Shown: positions 36,751 through 49,599, counted from the first letter of the stretch. The stretch is DNA of 64,000 nucleotides from Felis catus (GCF_018350175.1 NC_058368.1:100938001-101002000), one strand, 5' to 3'. A program made the numbers and translations. The notes: a model not told the origin generated them from the sequence alone.

Positions 36751-39700
36751 ATGGACTGATGCCAGAAGAAATAAGGGAGGTTTTCCAGAGACCCTTTTAA
36801 TGCTTTGTCTTATGATTAGTAACATTCACAATTCAGAGCTCTGTGAAGACCAAAACACAGGGAAATCTTGTAATCGGAGTCATAGAAAACAGACAAATGG
36901 GGAAGATCCTATCTTTTCGTGGTTGAAGTTTTTAAAAGCCTTATTTAAGTAGAAGAAATCCGTGGTATTTATTTATCCTTATAACCACAACCTTGTCTTG
37001 CTATTCTTCTTACTGGCAAGACAAATCACACGAGCTTAGTATCCTCCTGTATCACCGCCAGCTGAATAAGAAAATTTGCTGTGGAAATACAAGGATGACA
37101 GTCACTCTTCCAGATTGATGCTATTTATTTTTCATTGGCACAGAAAAGGTTGCTAAGCATCCCCTGGTCAGGTTCTGCCAGCCCTTTACGGCGGTAATTG
37201 CATTGTTCCATGTCTTTATCAAGGAATCCCTTGCCAGTAAGTTTTTGGGGAGGGACAAGTGTCAAGGATGAGAAGCCACAATGAAGTGCTCGTGACTGAG
37301 CAAAGATTACCCTGCTCAGGTCATTCTACAAAACTTGTCAGTTTGCTGCCCAAATAAATGCCTAGAGTCCGTAAAACATGGAGCAGAGTGACCCCAGGAA
37401 GAAAAATCAATTGCAATTCATATTTCATATGTCTATAATTGCTTGTGAAAGCATGGCACTGGTTTGTTTGCAGGGCGGCTTTGCCTCTCCCGTTGTTTCT
37501 TTCCTCATTTCTAATGGACATGTCTTTCACATGCCCTGATTTACAGTGAAGCAAAATTTGGGGCTTTTTTTCTTGTCCATATTACCATTCTTATTACCGG
37601 TGCCCTGGACTGGATTTGATCAGTGCATTGAACTGTAGACAAGCATAGACCATGCGCTAGAAATGGCTGTTTTGATTTGAGATTCTGGAAGCTCTGGGTG
37701 TTTTCATTATTTGTTTATTCATTTTGCTCTGAGGTCAGGGCGGGGAGCGTTGTGAAAGAAATCGCCTTTCATTGGGAGAGGTAGTCATTTATTAGGACTT
37801 TGGACATCAAAATTGAAAAAAAAATTGTTTTTGTAGTCGTGATCTTAAATGCTTTTTTAATCAAGGCAGGGGACCCATAATAACTGCTAATTTGGAAAAT
37901 CACCCGGTGTGTCTTATCAACCCTCTCTGACTCCAGCTTCCCCCCACCCCAAGTCTTTATCATGTGTGGCTACTTTTGGATTCGTAGCCCTTCTGTGGAC
38001 TGAGATGTCATAGGCATGGAGAAAATGCTGCTTACTTTATGGATTACTGTTAGGTCAACAAAACTTTGGCAGCATTGATTAACTTGACAGTGAGTACAGC
38101 AGTACATTTATCACTTATGGCTGTGCTGTAGAAAATCTAATAAGAGGCAAACAATTCCCTTTAGAGCTGTAACAGGTTCACTGTGGCTAACGGTGCGTGC
38201 ACTGGAAATTTCTGCCTTTAAATTATACCCTTGCCGCTGGTTGGGTCATTGACTCAAAGCTACTCCACTTCCCTAGTCGAGCTCTTGTTATTAATTGCAT
38301 CACTGTTATTTGACTTAAATAAATATTTAAATTGCACTATGTGGTGTTTTTAAAACGCAAAGATGAATTAGATACAGTTCTAGAATGATGATTTTGAAAT
38401 AGCAGCTAGAAATAGAGAGTTTTAGTGTGTGAAACTAGGAATATGACAAGGAAAACTACTTCCCACAATCAGTGTTCTCTAATGTAGCTTGTGTCATAAT
38501 GGAGAACTTCGGGGAGATTTTAGCCTACTCTAACTACTTTGTAAAGAAAAGTATTTGTAAGATAACTCTTTGACATGAAATGACTACAAACGCATACTGA
38601 TAGAAATCCGGTGGGATATTTCTTTGTTTTTTTTTTCCTTGATGCTAAAGATCCCCATTAACACTTCTCATATTTGTTTATTTTCCTTCCTCCTACAGAT
38701 TAAATAGCATTACTCATCTTCCTCCTATATCACTTAGATTTTTAACAGTGCTCTTAGGTATATATGTAAAACAGAGGACACGATAGGTTTATTGGACAGT
38801 ACACATTCTATCCAGTGATCAGAGAGGTACGTGTAAGTGTGATAGATTCAGTAGATCTGGGTAAGTAAGAAAAAGGTTAGGTCTTTAAACTGTTGCAATA
38901 GTATTCTGGAAAACTAAAGAGTATTTGGTAGGAAACTTGTCATTCTTGTGGTAAAATATACAGAAAATCTGAAAGCACGCAAAAAGCAAAGCTACCTTCT
39001 CAGGGCAATCCTTATTTCACTTGACACTGTTTTTCTTTCTCTTAAACTCCTTTTTTAGACTTTCTGAAAAGCTGTCTAATTTATCTTAATTTTTTTCTTA
39101 TTCCCGTGCTATGCTGAAATTCATAATTCAGCTCGAGAGACCTGGTTAAAATGAAAAAATTCCAGTTTTTTGGTTTTTATGTGTTTTGTTTTTTTTGTCT
39201 TTTCTTTCTTTCTTTTTTTTTTTTTTTAGTGCTTTGTATTTTGCTAGAAAACAGTCTTGAATTGAGGGATTTTATACGGTAGCATCTGTGAGATGATATA
39301 GTTTTCTTTGTTGGGAGAAAAGTGTTCTGCCTGAATCAATTGTCAAGAGGTTTAATATAATAAGGCAGCTTGTGGTATGACTAAAAGAAACACCGTGCAC
39401 ATGAAATTCCCACAGCAGTTTGTTTTTAGAAGAAAAACTGAGTTCCCCGGAAACATGAATACATTGAGAAGCAAGACTTAATAAGACAGACCGTAAGGAA
39501 GAGCGGGAGGGCTTGCTGTCCAAAGGTCCACGTCAGCGATCTCATCCGATATTTGTCTTTGAGATTCTAAAAGGCGTATAAAGCCAAATTACTTTTTTCT
39601 TGAGCTTTGAGAAGTGCTGTCTTTGAATCAGTAACATTCAAGCCTGTTGATGTTAGTGTTTTGATCTAATTCAACGAGAATGTGTTCTCCTGTTTAATCT

Positions 39701-41044
39701 TTAGGGTAAACGTAATGTATCTCCTTTCTGGAAACTGTCTTTTCGGGAAGGGCCACGTCTACCGCTGTGGGTCTCGCAGGTTACAATAGCAGTACCCCCA
39801 CCGCTTGCCCTCGTGAGCAGAGGCCGGGTATTGATTAACCATCACGCTGGCATCAGAACTACTCTTAGGATTCAATTTTTTTGTTGTTTTGCATATTTTA
39901 TTGATCACAGTGGTAAATGAGCATCAAGCGTGCAAGAAGACGATGAATTGTTTACTTGCATAAAATAACCTTTCAATAAGGGAAGATGCATGGCTTACAC
40001 TTTGGTTCTGTTCTGCGGCCCGAAGCAGATGGCATTCAGCTGCTATCGATTTGCTTCCATAGTTAAGGAGCAGCGTGCAACCCTGCATGCCCGCTGCATG
40101 GTGAAAAGGGGCGCAGGTTTGGGGGCCAGGGTGGAAGCCAAGAAGGACCGACTAGCCCTCCCTCTAATCCTAAGGAGAGAAAAAAAAATCGTATTTGAAA
40201 ACCATGAATATCCACTTAAATGGAAACTTGAATTAATGTAATCAGATGTGTGCTGGTGTTTTTAGAGAAAGAACATTTGCGGTCATCACTTAGGCAGATG
40301 TCTCCAGTGAATCGCCAACTGAGTAATAATCAGAGAATACTCATTTTAAGCATGTTGTATCTAAAGAAAACTAAATAAAATCCTTCCCCCTGCCTCTGGG
40401 GTAGAATGAGGTAATCTTCAGATAGATCACGTATTGTCCACTGCCGAGCCTTCTGGCCTTAGACATAAATGTCCGCGTAAGCTGTGCCGGACGGTCCACT
40501 GCTTAACCAGTTGTGCTTTATCTCTATTTATACAACAGTCCGCCCATAGCCTCTGTCAGCAATCACATTTGGTTTTGAAATGTCTTTCCGTAATAGGTAG
40601 TTACAGATGTCGAATTTATAAATATTTTCCTTGAAGCTGTATCCAACAATGACTTTACATCTCAAAAACTAAGGATAGACTAACCTACCCGTGGTGACTT
40701 TCACCCCCCCTTCCAAACTTATTAAATACTGAAAACCACTTGTCAAAAGCAATATGAACAAATAGCAAATCTATTTACATCATAAAGCATGTATTTGTTA
40801 CTCAGAGATGCACATATAAGTGAAGTTTAGCTGAATAACTTAATTTTTGTTTGTAATTTATAATTTTAAATATAAGTAAAATACTCCTAACAAAAATGTA
40901 TCATGAAGCTGCTCGCCCAATGATAGCAAAATTTTGCAGATTTACTCCACTGGGTTTGTTTTTTTTTTTCTCGTAAATAAACTGTTAGTACAAATGACAG
41001 TCCTAAAAACATTCCCATAACTGTTATTCTTTAAAATGGAAACA

Positions 41045-41241
41045 TTTTTTTAAGTTTTATGTATTTATTTTGAGAGAAAGAGAGAGTGAGCAGGGGAGGG
41101 ACAGACAGAGGGGGAGAGAGAGAGAGAGAGAGAAACACAGCATGAAGCCCAAAGTGGGGCTCAATACCACAAACTGTGAGATCGTGACCTGAGCCAAAAT
41201 CAAGAGTCGGGTGCTTAACCTATGAGCCACCCAGGCGGCCC
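41045..41241 (-). mobile_element. Felid CAN-SINE, TSD aatggaaacatttt
   Basis: Direct repeat on both sides; internal deletion. Confidence 0.93.
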
Positions 41242-41657
41242 TGTAATGGAAACATTTTACTGCAGGCTGTTTATTTGTGGGGAGAGGGGCAAGTTTGTTT
41301 TGTTTGTGGGGAGGGGGGTAAGTTCACCTGGTTGGGTCCCAGGGGAGTCCTGAGTCATGTGAGCTCCATGTCCCCCAGCCTCCCCCCTACCTTGGCCATA
41401 AAGGTTTGGGGAGGTGAAATTTATTCATTCGCTTCTGTAGCAAAGAACATTTATTCCTCACGTTTCTTTCTCATCTCTTCTTCTCCTCCTATGAGAAAAG
41501 CCAACTTGGAGACCAGAGGAGTTTGAGGTGGAAAGGGACTTGTGTGAAGTGCCTGTGTGTTGAGGGCGTTGTGTGTTCTGATTGGCCATCACCACATTTT
41601 ATTTACTCTGAATCCCTCCCCCTGACCAGGGTGACCCAGAGAATACCTACTTGGTGC

Positions 41658-41754
41658 TTTTTCTTTTCTTTTCTTTTCTTTTCTTTTCTTTTCTTTTCTT
41701 TTCTTTTCTTTTCTTTTCTTTTCTTTTCTTTTCTTTCTTTTCTTTTTCTTTTTC

Positions 41755-41806
<52 letters not shown>

Positions 41807-41808
41807 TT
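41658..41808. repeat. (CTTTT)n-(CTTT)n polypyrimidine array (expanded SINE tail)
   Basis: About 150 bp of pure pyrimidine inside the SINE TSD gtgctttttct. Confidence 0.95.
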
Positions 41809-42006
41809 TATTTTAATGTTTGCTTATTTTTGAGAGAGAGAGAGCTTGAGCTGGGGAGGGGCAGAGAGAGAGGATGGGGGGGAGAGAGAGAGTCCCAAGC
41901 AGGCTTCTCCGGGCTGACAGCAGAGAGCCCAATGCGGGGCTGAACTGCATGATGGTGACCTGAGCGGAAGTTGGACGCTCAACTGACTGAGCCCCTCAGG
42001 CGCCCC
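41809..42006 (-). mobile_element. Felid CAN-SINE body
   Basis: ttttaatgtttgcttatttttgagagag..caggcgcccc. Confidence 0.95.
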
Positions 42007-42749
42007 AGTGCTTTTTCTATGAACAATAAGCTCTTGTTTCCAAGGTAGATAGACAAGACTAGTTGGCATCAGGTTTGTGAAATGAAAAGGAAAGTTGCAG
42101 ACAAGGAAGCCCGTCTCTTCCCTGTTTGCTACAAGTGGGCGAGTGGGACGCTTCTGAGAAAGGAGACTCAAAGCAGGACCTCTGATACTGGCAGTGCTCT
42201 TGCTTTGTCTCAAACAAACAAGCACTGGGTCCATGCGGCCAGCAGGTGATCAGGAGGCGGAAGGTGCAACGAGATTGTAAGGGACAGATGAGAATGGTTC
42301 AGGACCAAGCGACCGACACTCTCTTTGCGTGCCCCTGTGTTGGTTGGAAAGAAATGAAAGCAAAATTATGAAGGTTAGGATTGATAGACTCTCTTAGATA
42401 GTTTATACAGTAGGTTATTGAACTCTCCTTCGAGTTTCTCTTTTTGGACTTGTTCTAATTCAGGTAAGACAGGTGATAGGAGCCAATTTAGTATATTTTT
42501 AGTAGGCAAGTACTACTTCCACCTGACATACAATTATGTATACAAAAAGTTGGTATGTTTAATTAGTCTTTTGTTAGAAAAAAAAATTCCTCCCCATTCT
42601 TGTGGCAGTACGGAGTACCAGCCCTATTGAACAGTCTTTTGGCTGACCCAAGAAAAACTTGGTTAGCATACAGTATTTATTTAGCTCTATCAACTGACAG
42701 TCACACTCTTGAATGCCACCTGCCGAAGAGTGGAAAGACAGAAAACAGG

Positions 42750-43200
42750 CACTTTTTGTTATAACTTTACTGAGGTGTCAACTCCCTTCCATGGAATACG
42801 CATGTTATACGTGGACAGTTCTTTGTAAACTTAAGAGAGCTGTGTGACCATTTTCGCAATCCATTTGTTTTTTGTTTTTTGTGTGTATTTTAATTTTTTA
42901 ATGTTTATTTTTGGGAGAGAAAGAGAGAGCATGAGTGGGGGAGGGGCAGAGAGAGAGGGAGACACAGAATCCAAAGCGGGCTCCCAGCTCTGAGCTATCA
43001 GCACAGAGCCCGACATGGGGCTCGAACTCACGAACGACGAGATCATGACCTGAGCCGAAGTCGGATGCCTAACCGGTTGACTGAGCCACCCAGGCGCCCC
43101 TCACAATCCATTTCTTAGAACATTTTTCTCACCCGCAAAATTTCCTTTGTGCCCACAGAATCTCCTTTTTCCCCCTGCACAGCTTGGGCAACTTTATTAT
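42750..43200 (-). mobile_element. L1MB-like 3' fragment split by a SINE
   Basis: ataactttactgagg..gctgtgtgacca..caatcca [SINE] ttagaacattttt..cacccgcaaaatttcctttgtgccc. Confidence 0.7.
42865..43100 (-). mobile_element. Felid CAN-SINE, TSD tcrcaatccattt
   Basis: Direct repeat on both sides. Confidence 0.95.
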
Positions 43201-43244
43201 AAACTTGAAATACCAAATGCATGTTATCAGTTGGTGGTCCCTCC

Positions 43245-43385
43245 TTTTTTTTTTTTTTTTCCTTCTTCAAGTAGGCTTCACACCCAGCCCAGTGGAGCTT
43301 GAACTCACAACTCTGAGATCAAGACCTGAGCTGAGATGGAGAGTCAGATGCTTAACCCTTAACTGACTGAGCCACCCAGGCACCC
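43245..43385 (-). mobile_element. Short older CAN-SINE
   Basis: aagtaggcttcacacccagc..cttgaactcacaactctgagatcaagacctgagctgagat..cccaggcaccc. Confidence 0.9.
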
Positions 43386-44027
43386 TGGTGTCTCCCTTTT
43401 CTTATTCATTAGTCTTTGACTCTCTGCTCAGCGGTCTCCTTCAAGTTCAGGTCCTTGCAGTGGAGACCACCTTTGCAAGGTTGTAGCCGCATCTTCAAAT
43501 GTGGCTTTTGGAACTCGAACTCCCAGGCAGTTAGGAGAAAGAGGAGGTAAGAAGTGGGGGAAAGGAAAGACAGGAAGGAAATAATGGAGCTTTCCTTTTA
43601 TTTGTGCCTTAGTCATTTCCTTTGGCACACACGTGTATTTTCCAGGAGAGAATGGCTGGTAGACAGTAGAGACCTCTTTCTTCCATGCTCATTTTGTCCC
43701 TGACGCCTCCCCTACTAGTGGATCCAGCAGGAAAGGGAAGGGGAACTTATATTTGTTGAGCCCCTGCTGTGTCTGAGGGACTCCCCTAGCTTCCTAGGTG
43801 TGGAGGGATTGAACTGAAGGAGGTCTTGTGTCCTACTCCACCTGGTGAAGCTTGTTCTTTTAGCACCCATTTGATCCTCTCCCATTTACCCTGTAAGATG
43901 CAGTGCTCTGTGTCATGGTCAACTGGTGTATCTATTACAAAACTTTAGAATTATAGCACAACTTAATTATTTATGCTTCTGAAAAAAAGAGACGTCTCAG
44001 TCATCTAAAATATTAACTGATAACACA

Positions 44028-44230
44028 GGGCACCTGGGCGCCTCAGTTGGTGAAGCCTCCAACTCTTGATTTTGGCTCAGGTCATGATCTCACGGTTCAT
44101 GGGTTCCAGCCCCATGTCGGGCTCTGTGCTGACAGTGAGAAGCCTGCTTGGGATTCTCTGTCTCCCTCTCTCTCCGCCTCTCCCCGCCTCTCTCTCTAAA
44201 AATAAATAAATAAAATTAAAATTTTTTTAA
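44028..44230 (+). mobile_element. Felid CAN-SINE
   Basis: gggcacctgggcg head, (CT)n, A tail. Confidence 0.95.
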
Positions 44231-44462
44231 GGAAAGAAATTGATGAAATCAGACTAAAGGGAAGTTATATTTTCAATAAGTAATATTTTCTTCTCAATGC
44301 TTAAAAGAGTCCCAAAGACAAAAGTAAAGGAAATTCATATCTGTGGTTAATAAAGAGCTCAAGTGAACTTTCCTGATACTTTTTTTTGCAAGTGCAGCAA
44401 TTTAGGTTGTATTTTGATCATTCTTTCACTTCCATCCCTTTTTTTCCCTCTTAAATGGAGTA

Positions 44463-44682
44463 TTTTTTTTTAATGTTTATTTTTATTTTTGAGACAGAGA
44501 GAGACAGAGCATGAGCAGGGGAGGGGCAGAGATAGAGGGAGACACAGAATCTGAAGCAGGCTCCAGGCTCTGGGCTGCCAGCACAGAACCTGACGCGGAA
44601 CTCGAACTCGAACTCAAGGACCGCGAGGTCATGACCTGAGCTGAAGTTGGACGCTCAACCGACTGAGTCACCCAGGCGCCCC
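44463..44682 (-). mobile_element. Felid CAN-SINE, TSD cttaaatggarta
   Basis: Contains triplicated gaactc. Confidence 0.95.
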
Positions 44683-45954
44683 TTAAATGGAATAGTATTT
44701 AAATTTTGCATATCCTATTGACTTTGGCATAATGAAAGGCATCTTCTAGTTTGTCTTCTCTTTTTCTTTGACTCCCTTAGGGCAACTAGAACCCGTGATT
44801 TTTTAAGCATTGTTGCAGTGTTTGGCTTTACCATATACCACCTACGTAAAATATAGATTATTTTCCTTAGATTCTGTTGACCTCAGTCAAATCCATTTAA
44901 GTCACTGACCAGGGCAGACTTTGAAGCCAAGACCAGGAATTAGCTTGTAGTGTTAGCATGACTGGCTGCTCAAATTTCATCAAGATCCTTCATATAGAGC
45001 CAGCAGAGTAACGAGCCATTCTTTCAAAACTATGTGTGTATTGCTCCTGTTTTTATTTATAATGAAGCTGGTGTATTTGAAAAGGTGTCCTTTTGGGTTG
45101 GCCAAGTAGTCCCATTAATTGTGCTAGTCATTCATCATATCAGTGACAGAAGGCCACTAAAAAATTATTGAGGCCACTGTTTTTTCCAGAGTCATCCCTG
45201 TTTGCATTAACTCGTGAAGAAATGCCCATTCTTTGAACACTGGGTTTACTTGTGGAGAGTTTAAACACAAGGGTAAGTCCACCCTTCTTTGCTGTAGCTC
45301 CTGCCCCCTGCTGTTCGTATGCTCATCACAGCCATCTGTTCAAAGTCTTCCCTTGAAAGCTAGCTTTCCCCCCTGAAAATATAATTAGCCAATTCGTTGC
45401 TAAGCATTTCAACATTCCAGAGTGTATTTTAAGAGCAGCTGCTGTACGCTGCCCACATGTGCATTGTATCTTTTTTTGTTGTTGTTGTTGTTATTTCAAT
45501 GCATCTGATTGATCCTTCTTTTCTCTCTATGCAAATGACACAGTTAGTGGAGTTGGGGATTTCTAAGCTTAAAGAGGCTCCTAAGAAATGAGAGCATTAA
45601 CCCCAAGTGCACTGCATTCCCTGAACGTCTTGCATTCTCCTGCTCAGACTTGAAGTGGGCACCTGCTGTTTAATGTAATTAGTTTCAGAGGGAATGTCAG
45701 CTCAGTCCTCAGGAGTTTACTCTGACCCAAAAACCCTCGTAAGAAAATATCAGTGAGACAAAACAAGAAAAGTTATCACAGTCGGGAAGCTGCTTCTCAC
45801 CGCGTTATTCGTTATTTGGGGGCATGTTTTAGAAGATTCCTATTTGCTGTCTGGCTCTGTGATTTTCTGGTTGCAAAACTGTGCTCAAGACAAGATTGCT
45901 CTAGCAAGTAGCTGTTTTCCTTCTCCAAAAATGACGACGTGGTGGGCTCCATTG

Positions 45955-46068
45955 AAAGGAAGAAAGGAAGAAAGGAAGAAAGGAAGAAAGGAAAGAAAGG
46001 AAGGAAGGAAAGAAGGAAGGAAGGAAGGAAGGAAGGAAGGAAGGAAGGAAGGAAGGAAGGAAGGAAAA
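45955..46068. repeat. (GGAA)n / GA-rich microsatellite
   Basis: About 115 bp of pure purine with a long perfect GGAA run in its 3' half. Confidence 0.97.
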
Positions 46069-47149
46069 GATATGAAAACATTTGGAGTTGGAACTATAGT
46101 TTTCAGCACTTACTCTGATCAAGTAAAAAGTTAAAGACAAATTAAGCATATTCCTTTTCATCCTACCTTTTTCCATTCAAACGTAAGTTGAACAAGGCTG
46201 TTTGCCAGTTTCCTTTTTATTCCTATTGATGTTTAGCTTTTAATGAGCTGTAATAAAGGGGTCAAAAAGGGTCTCATGCGAGTAGCAGGGTGAATCAGAC
46301 ACGAAATAGTGGCATCGCTGTTCTGTTTGGCTATTTTTCATAGATGAGCACTTGCTTATTTTGTTGGCAGTTTGTAAGGCACCTCATCTAGTCTCATGAT
46401 GTTCTTTGTTTATTTCCCTCTGTCATCCTCCTTGGTTGAATCTTGATTATATATTCAGCCACACCGTGGCTGTGCTCCAGAGCTTGAGGGAGGGGATCTG
46501 AGCCCACCTCCAGCCATAGGGTGAAGGGGGGTGCTGCTGACCCTTGAAGGATCAGTTGGGTGTGAGAGAAAGAACAGAACTGCTAGAACCCTTTAGGGAG
46601 AGAGTACAGCCAGGAATTAGTGCAAGACCTAGATCCTCAGCTCATCCTCCCCCAGGGGCAGACTCTCCAACTTGGATCTGGGCTTGGTGTTGCTGGGCTT
46701 GGATGATCGCTCATCCACAGAATACTTTTGATCTGTCTACCACAAAGGTGGTAGTGACGATTAAGTGACCTCGTGTATGTGAGGCAACTTTGCAAGCCAT
46801 AAAATATTGTGCAAATAATACATATTACTGTTTTTTTCTCAGCTAAGACCTTGCTTCATTTCCTACCTATCAGTAAATCCTTGCTACACCATCGTGTAGC
46901 AACTGGAGTCCCGCTGCTTTTGGTCATATAGTTGCCGCAGAGGCCCTGGTTACCTCCAGCAAGTGTAACAATCATGGCAGACTCCAGTGGTAAAGTTTTC
47001 TGTTTACAGTAAGCCAGACTTGGCCTTCTCAGTACCATTTCCATGGCTGGCCCCGATTGTGCCTGTGGAATGAACCTCATGCATTCAAAACCCTGTGTTG
47101 CATGCAGAGGTAAAAAGGTAAAGGTAAATGGTAAAAGCCAGGTGGACAT

Positions 47150-48770
47150 TTGCATGAAATAATTGCAAGTGCTGTGTGCTCTAAAGGAAGCAAATAAGGG
47201 AGCCAGAAAACAAGTTCCCAGGGAGTAAGAGGGAGTGCTTGGGTTTCACTGATCCAGGAGCACACCTCCAGGGAGATGTGTGCAAGGCAGCTAGAGGGAA
47301 GGGCTGGGGACAGAAGTAGCAAAGGCATGTTTGTGGCTCTGGTGACCCCTGTGGCTGCACCTTTTTGAGCGAGTGGGAGAGGATCGCCAGATGGGGGCTA
47401 ATAAAAGGCTATATGTGGAAGGTGAGGGAAAGGTGGGTGGTGGTGCTATCCTTTGCTGAGATGAGAAATGGAGGAAGGTGATGGGTGGTAGTGGGGGATG
47501 GGGTTGTTCATGTTTTTGTTTTTATTTTTGTTTTTTGTTTTTTGTCATTAATGTTTATTTTATTTTTGAGAGATAGAGACAGAGCACAAGTTGGGGAGGG
47601 GCAGAGAGAGAGAGGGAGACACAGAATCCGAAACAGGCTCCAGGCTCTGAGCTGTCAGCACAGAGCCCGATGCTGGGCTCGAACTCGGGAATGGCGAGAT
47701 CTTGACCTAGGCTGAAGTCCGACGCTTAACTAACTGAGCTACTCAGGTGCCCCTGTGTTTTGGTTTTGTTTTTTAAAGGAAATATCAAGTTATACTTTGC
47801 ACCTTTTGAATTGAGGATGTCTCTAAGAAATTCCCAGTGGAGATGTTAAATAGGTATTTAGTTTCAGAAGAGAGAGCCAGCCTGAAGAAGTGAATTCGCA
47901 CCTCGTCAGCATCAAGGTCTTAAAATCCACGGCAGTTGGTACTGCTGAGTTAGGGAGAGTGTTCCGGGAGGAGAGAAGAGACTGCTGGCTAAGCTTTGAA
48001 AAATCCCTATATTTTGAGGCCAGGTAGAAAAGAATGAGGAAAAACACCAGAAGAGTTGCAGAGAAAAGTGGGTCAAGTGGTTGTCTGGTTGAGTACCGGC
48101 TGCCCAGAAGCTGAGTGAGGTCTGGACAAAAGTGGCCATTGGCTTTAGCAACAGGGAAGAGGTCTGTGATCTTGACAAGCTGAGAATGGCAGAAACCAAA
48201 GCCATTTTATAGAGAGTGGTGTAATGGATGGACTGGAGATAAGAAGGGGACACAACATCTGCAGAACATTCTTGAGAACTTTTGCCATGAAAGGAAGCCG
48301 AGAAATAAGCTGTATCTTCTAGGGGGATATTTCTTTTTCCTCATTTTGTCATTTGTTTTGTTCCGTTGTTTCAAAATGAGATGCTAGAATAAGTTTATAT
48401 GCTGATAGGAACAATTCAGCAGACATGATAGAAGGGTGGATGGATGGAAAGAAGGAAGGAATTGGATCAGGAATAGGCTGAGGAGACCCGGGCTGTAACT
48501 AAAGAAAGAAATACTTGGGAAAGTCAAGAAGCAGGCTGAGAAGAACCAGAGCGTGAACTAGAAGAATTGGCCTCTGACAGAAGAAGGGGCCTTTCTTCCA
48601 CTCACGCAGAGGAAGAAAGAGAGGTTGATGGAGGAGACGTGTGGATAGAGTCGGTAGGGTGAAGATAAGGGACCTCAAATCTGGTGGCTTCTGCATTCTC
48701 GTCAAAGCCTTTGTGAAGAGTGGTTATCAGCTGAGACGTAGGGAGTCAGGGGGATTCAGAGAAGAGAAAG
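47150..48770 (-). mobile_element. L2 LINE remnant including an RT-like segment
   Basis: GA-rich + strand; minus strand near 48180-48120 reads LVKITDLFPVAKANGHF, resembling the L2 RT motif LVKVTNDLxxAKSNGxF. Confidence 0.75.
47513..47753 (-). mobile_element. Felid CAN-SINE
   Basis: agagagggagacacagaatccgaaacaggctccaggctctgagc..caggtgcccc. Confidence 0.95.
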
Positions 48771-48801
48771 TATGAAATGGGGAAAAGTGGTTCCTCTGGA
48801 G

Positions 48802-49000
48802 CAGTGGTTCTCAATGTCTGGCTCCTGGCCAGCAACAGCAGCATCACCTGGGAACGTGAAATCTTTGTTGAAATGGAAATTCTCAGTGCTCACCCCCCAG
48901 ACCTACTGGATCAGAAACTCTGGACGTGGGACCCAGAAGTCTGTGTTTTAGCAAGCTTTCTGGCATGATTCTGATGCTGGCTGAAGTTTGGGAACGACTG
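48802..49000. mobile_element. MER5A hAT MITE
   Basis: TIRs cagtggttctcaa / ttgggaacgactg; 8-bp TSD ctctggag/ttctagag; internal agacctactggatcagaaactctg. Confidence 0.92.
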
Positions 49001-49599
49001 TTCTAGAGTAAGGGAGCAAGACCATATTTTGTGAGTAAAGAGCTTGAATTTAAAGTGAAAACAACTTTTTCGTATTGCGTGGTTTTCTTGTAGTATTTTA
49101 ACATCTGGGTTGAGGCATGGGTAAGAGATGCTAGGGTTCGACCAGAACTGTGGTGTCCTGAGTCCAACAGAGGGAAGGGGACTCACGGGGTTGGAAGTGT
49201 TTGATTCTGATGGTAGATCATGGAAACTTAAGCTGGACAAGGAGGGCAGAAAAGCCAGAGGGGCCTGATGGAAATGAGAAAGTCCCAGATCGGTGCATTG
49301 GAGGTCTCACACATAGTGGAAGGGCAATGCCATTGCAAGGAAGGGATCTGTGTAATAGCAAAGCAAGATCATGTCTGAGCTTACTGGCCCGTAGAGATAA
49401 TGCTTTGAAGATCTGACTAAATGAGTTCTGCATAAAAATTCCTTAGAACAAATACTTGGCCTGTGTGCGTGCATTAGTGCCTGCATTAAGAGGCCAGGAA
49501 GTTACAACATAGTTGGACCGCATACAAAGCACAAGCTTTTTAAAATAATAACACAAGTAAAACCATATAAGAAAATGTTTCCTTTCTTTAAATCAGCTC

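Noticed and set aside
41523..46176. FFSFL and KEGR/PSFL repeat ORFs
   Set aside because: Microsatellite translations.
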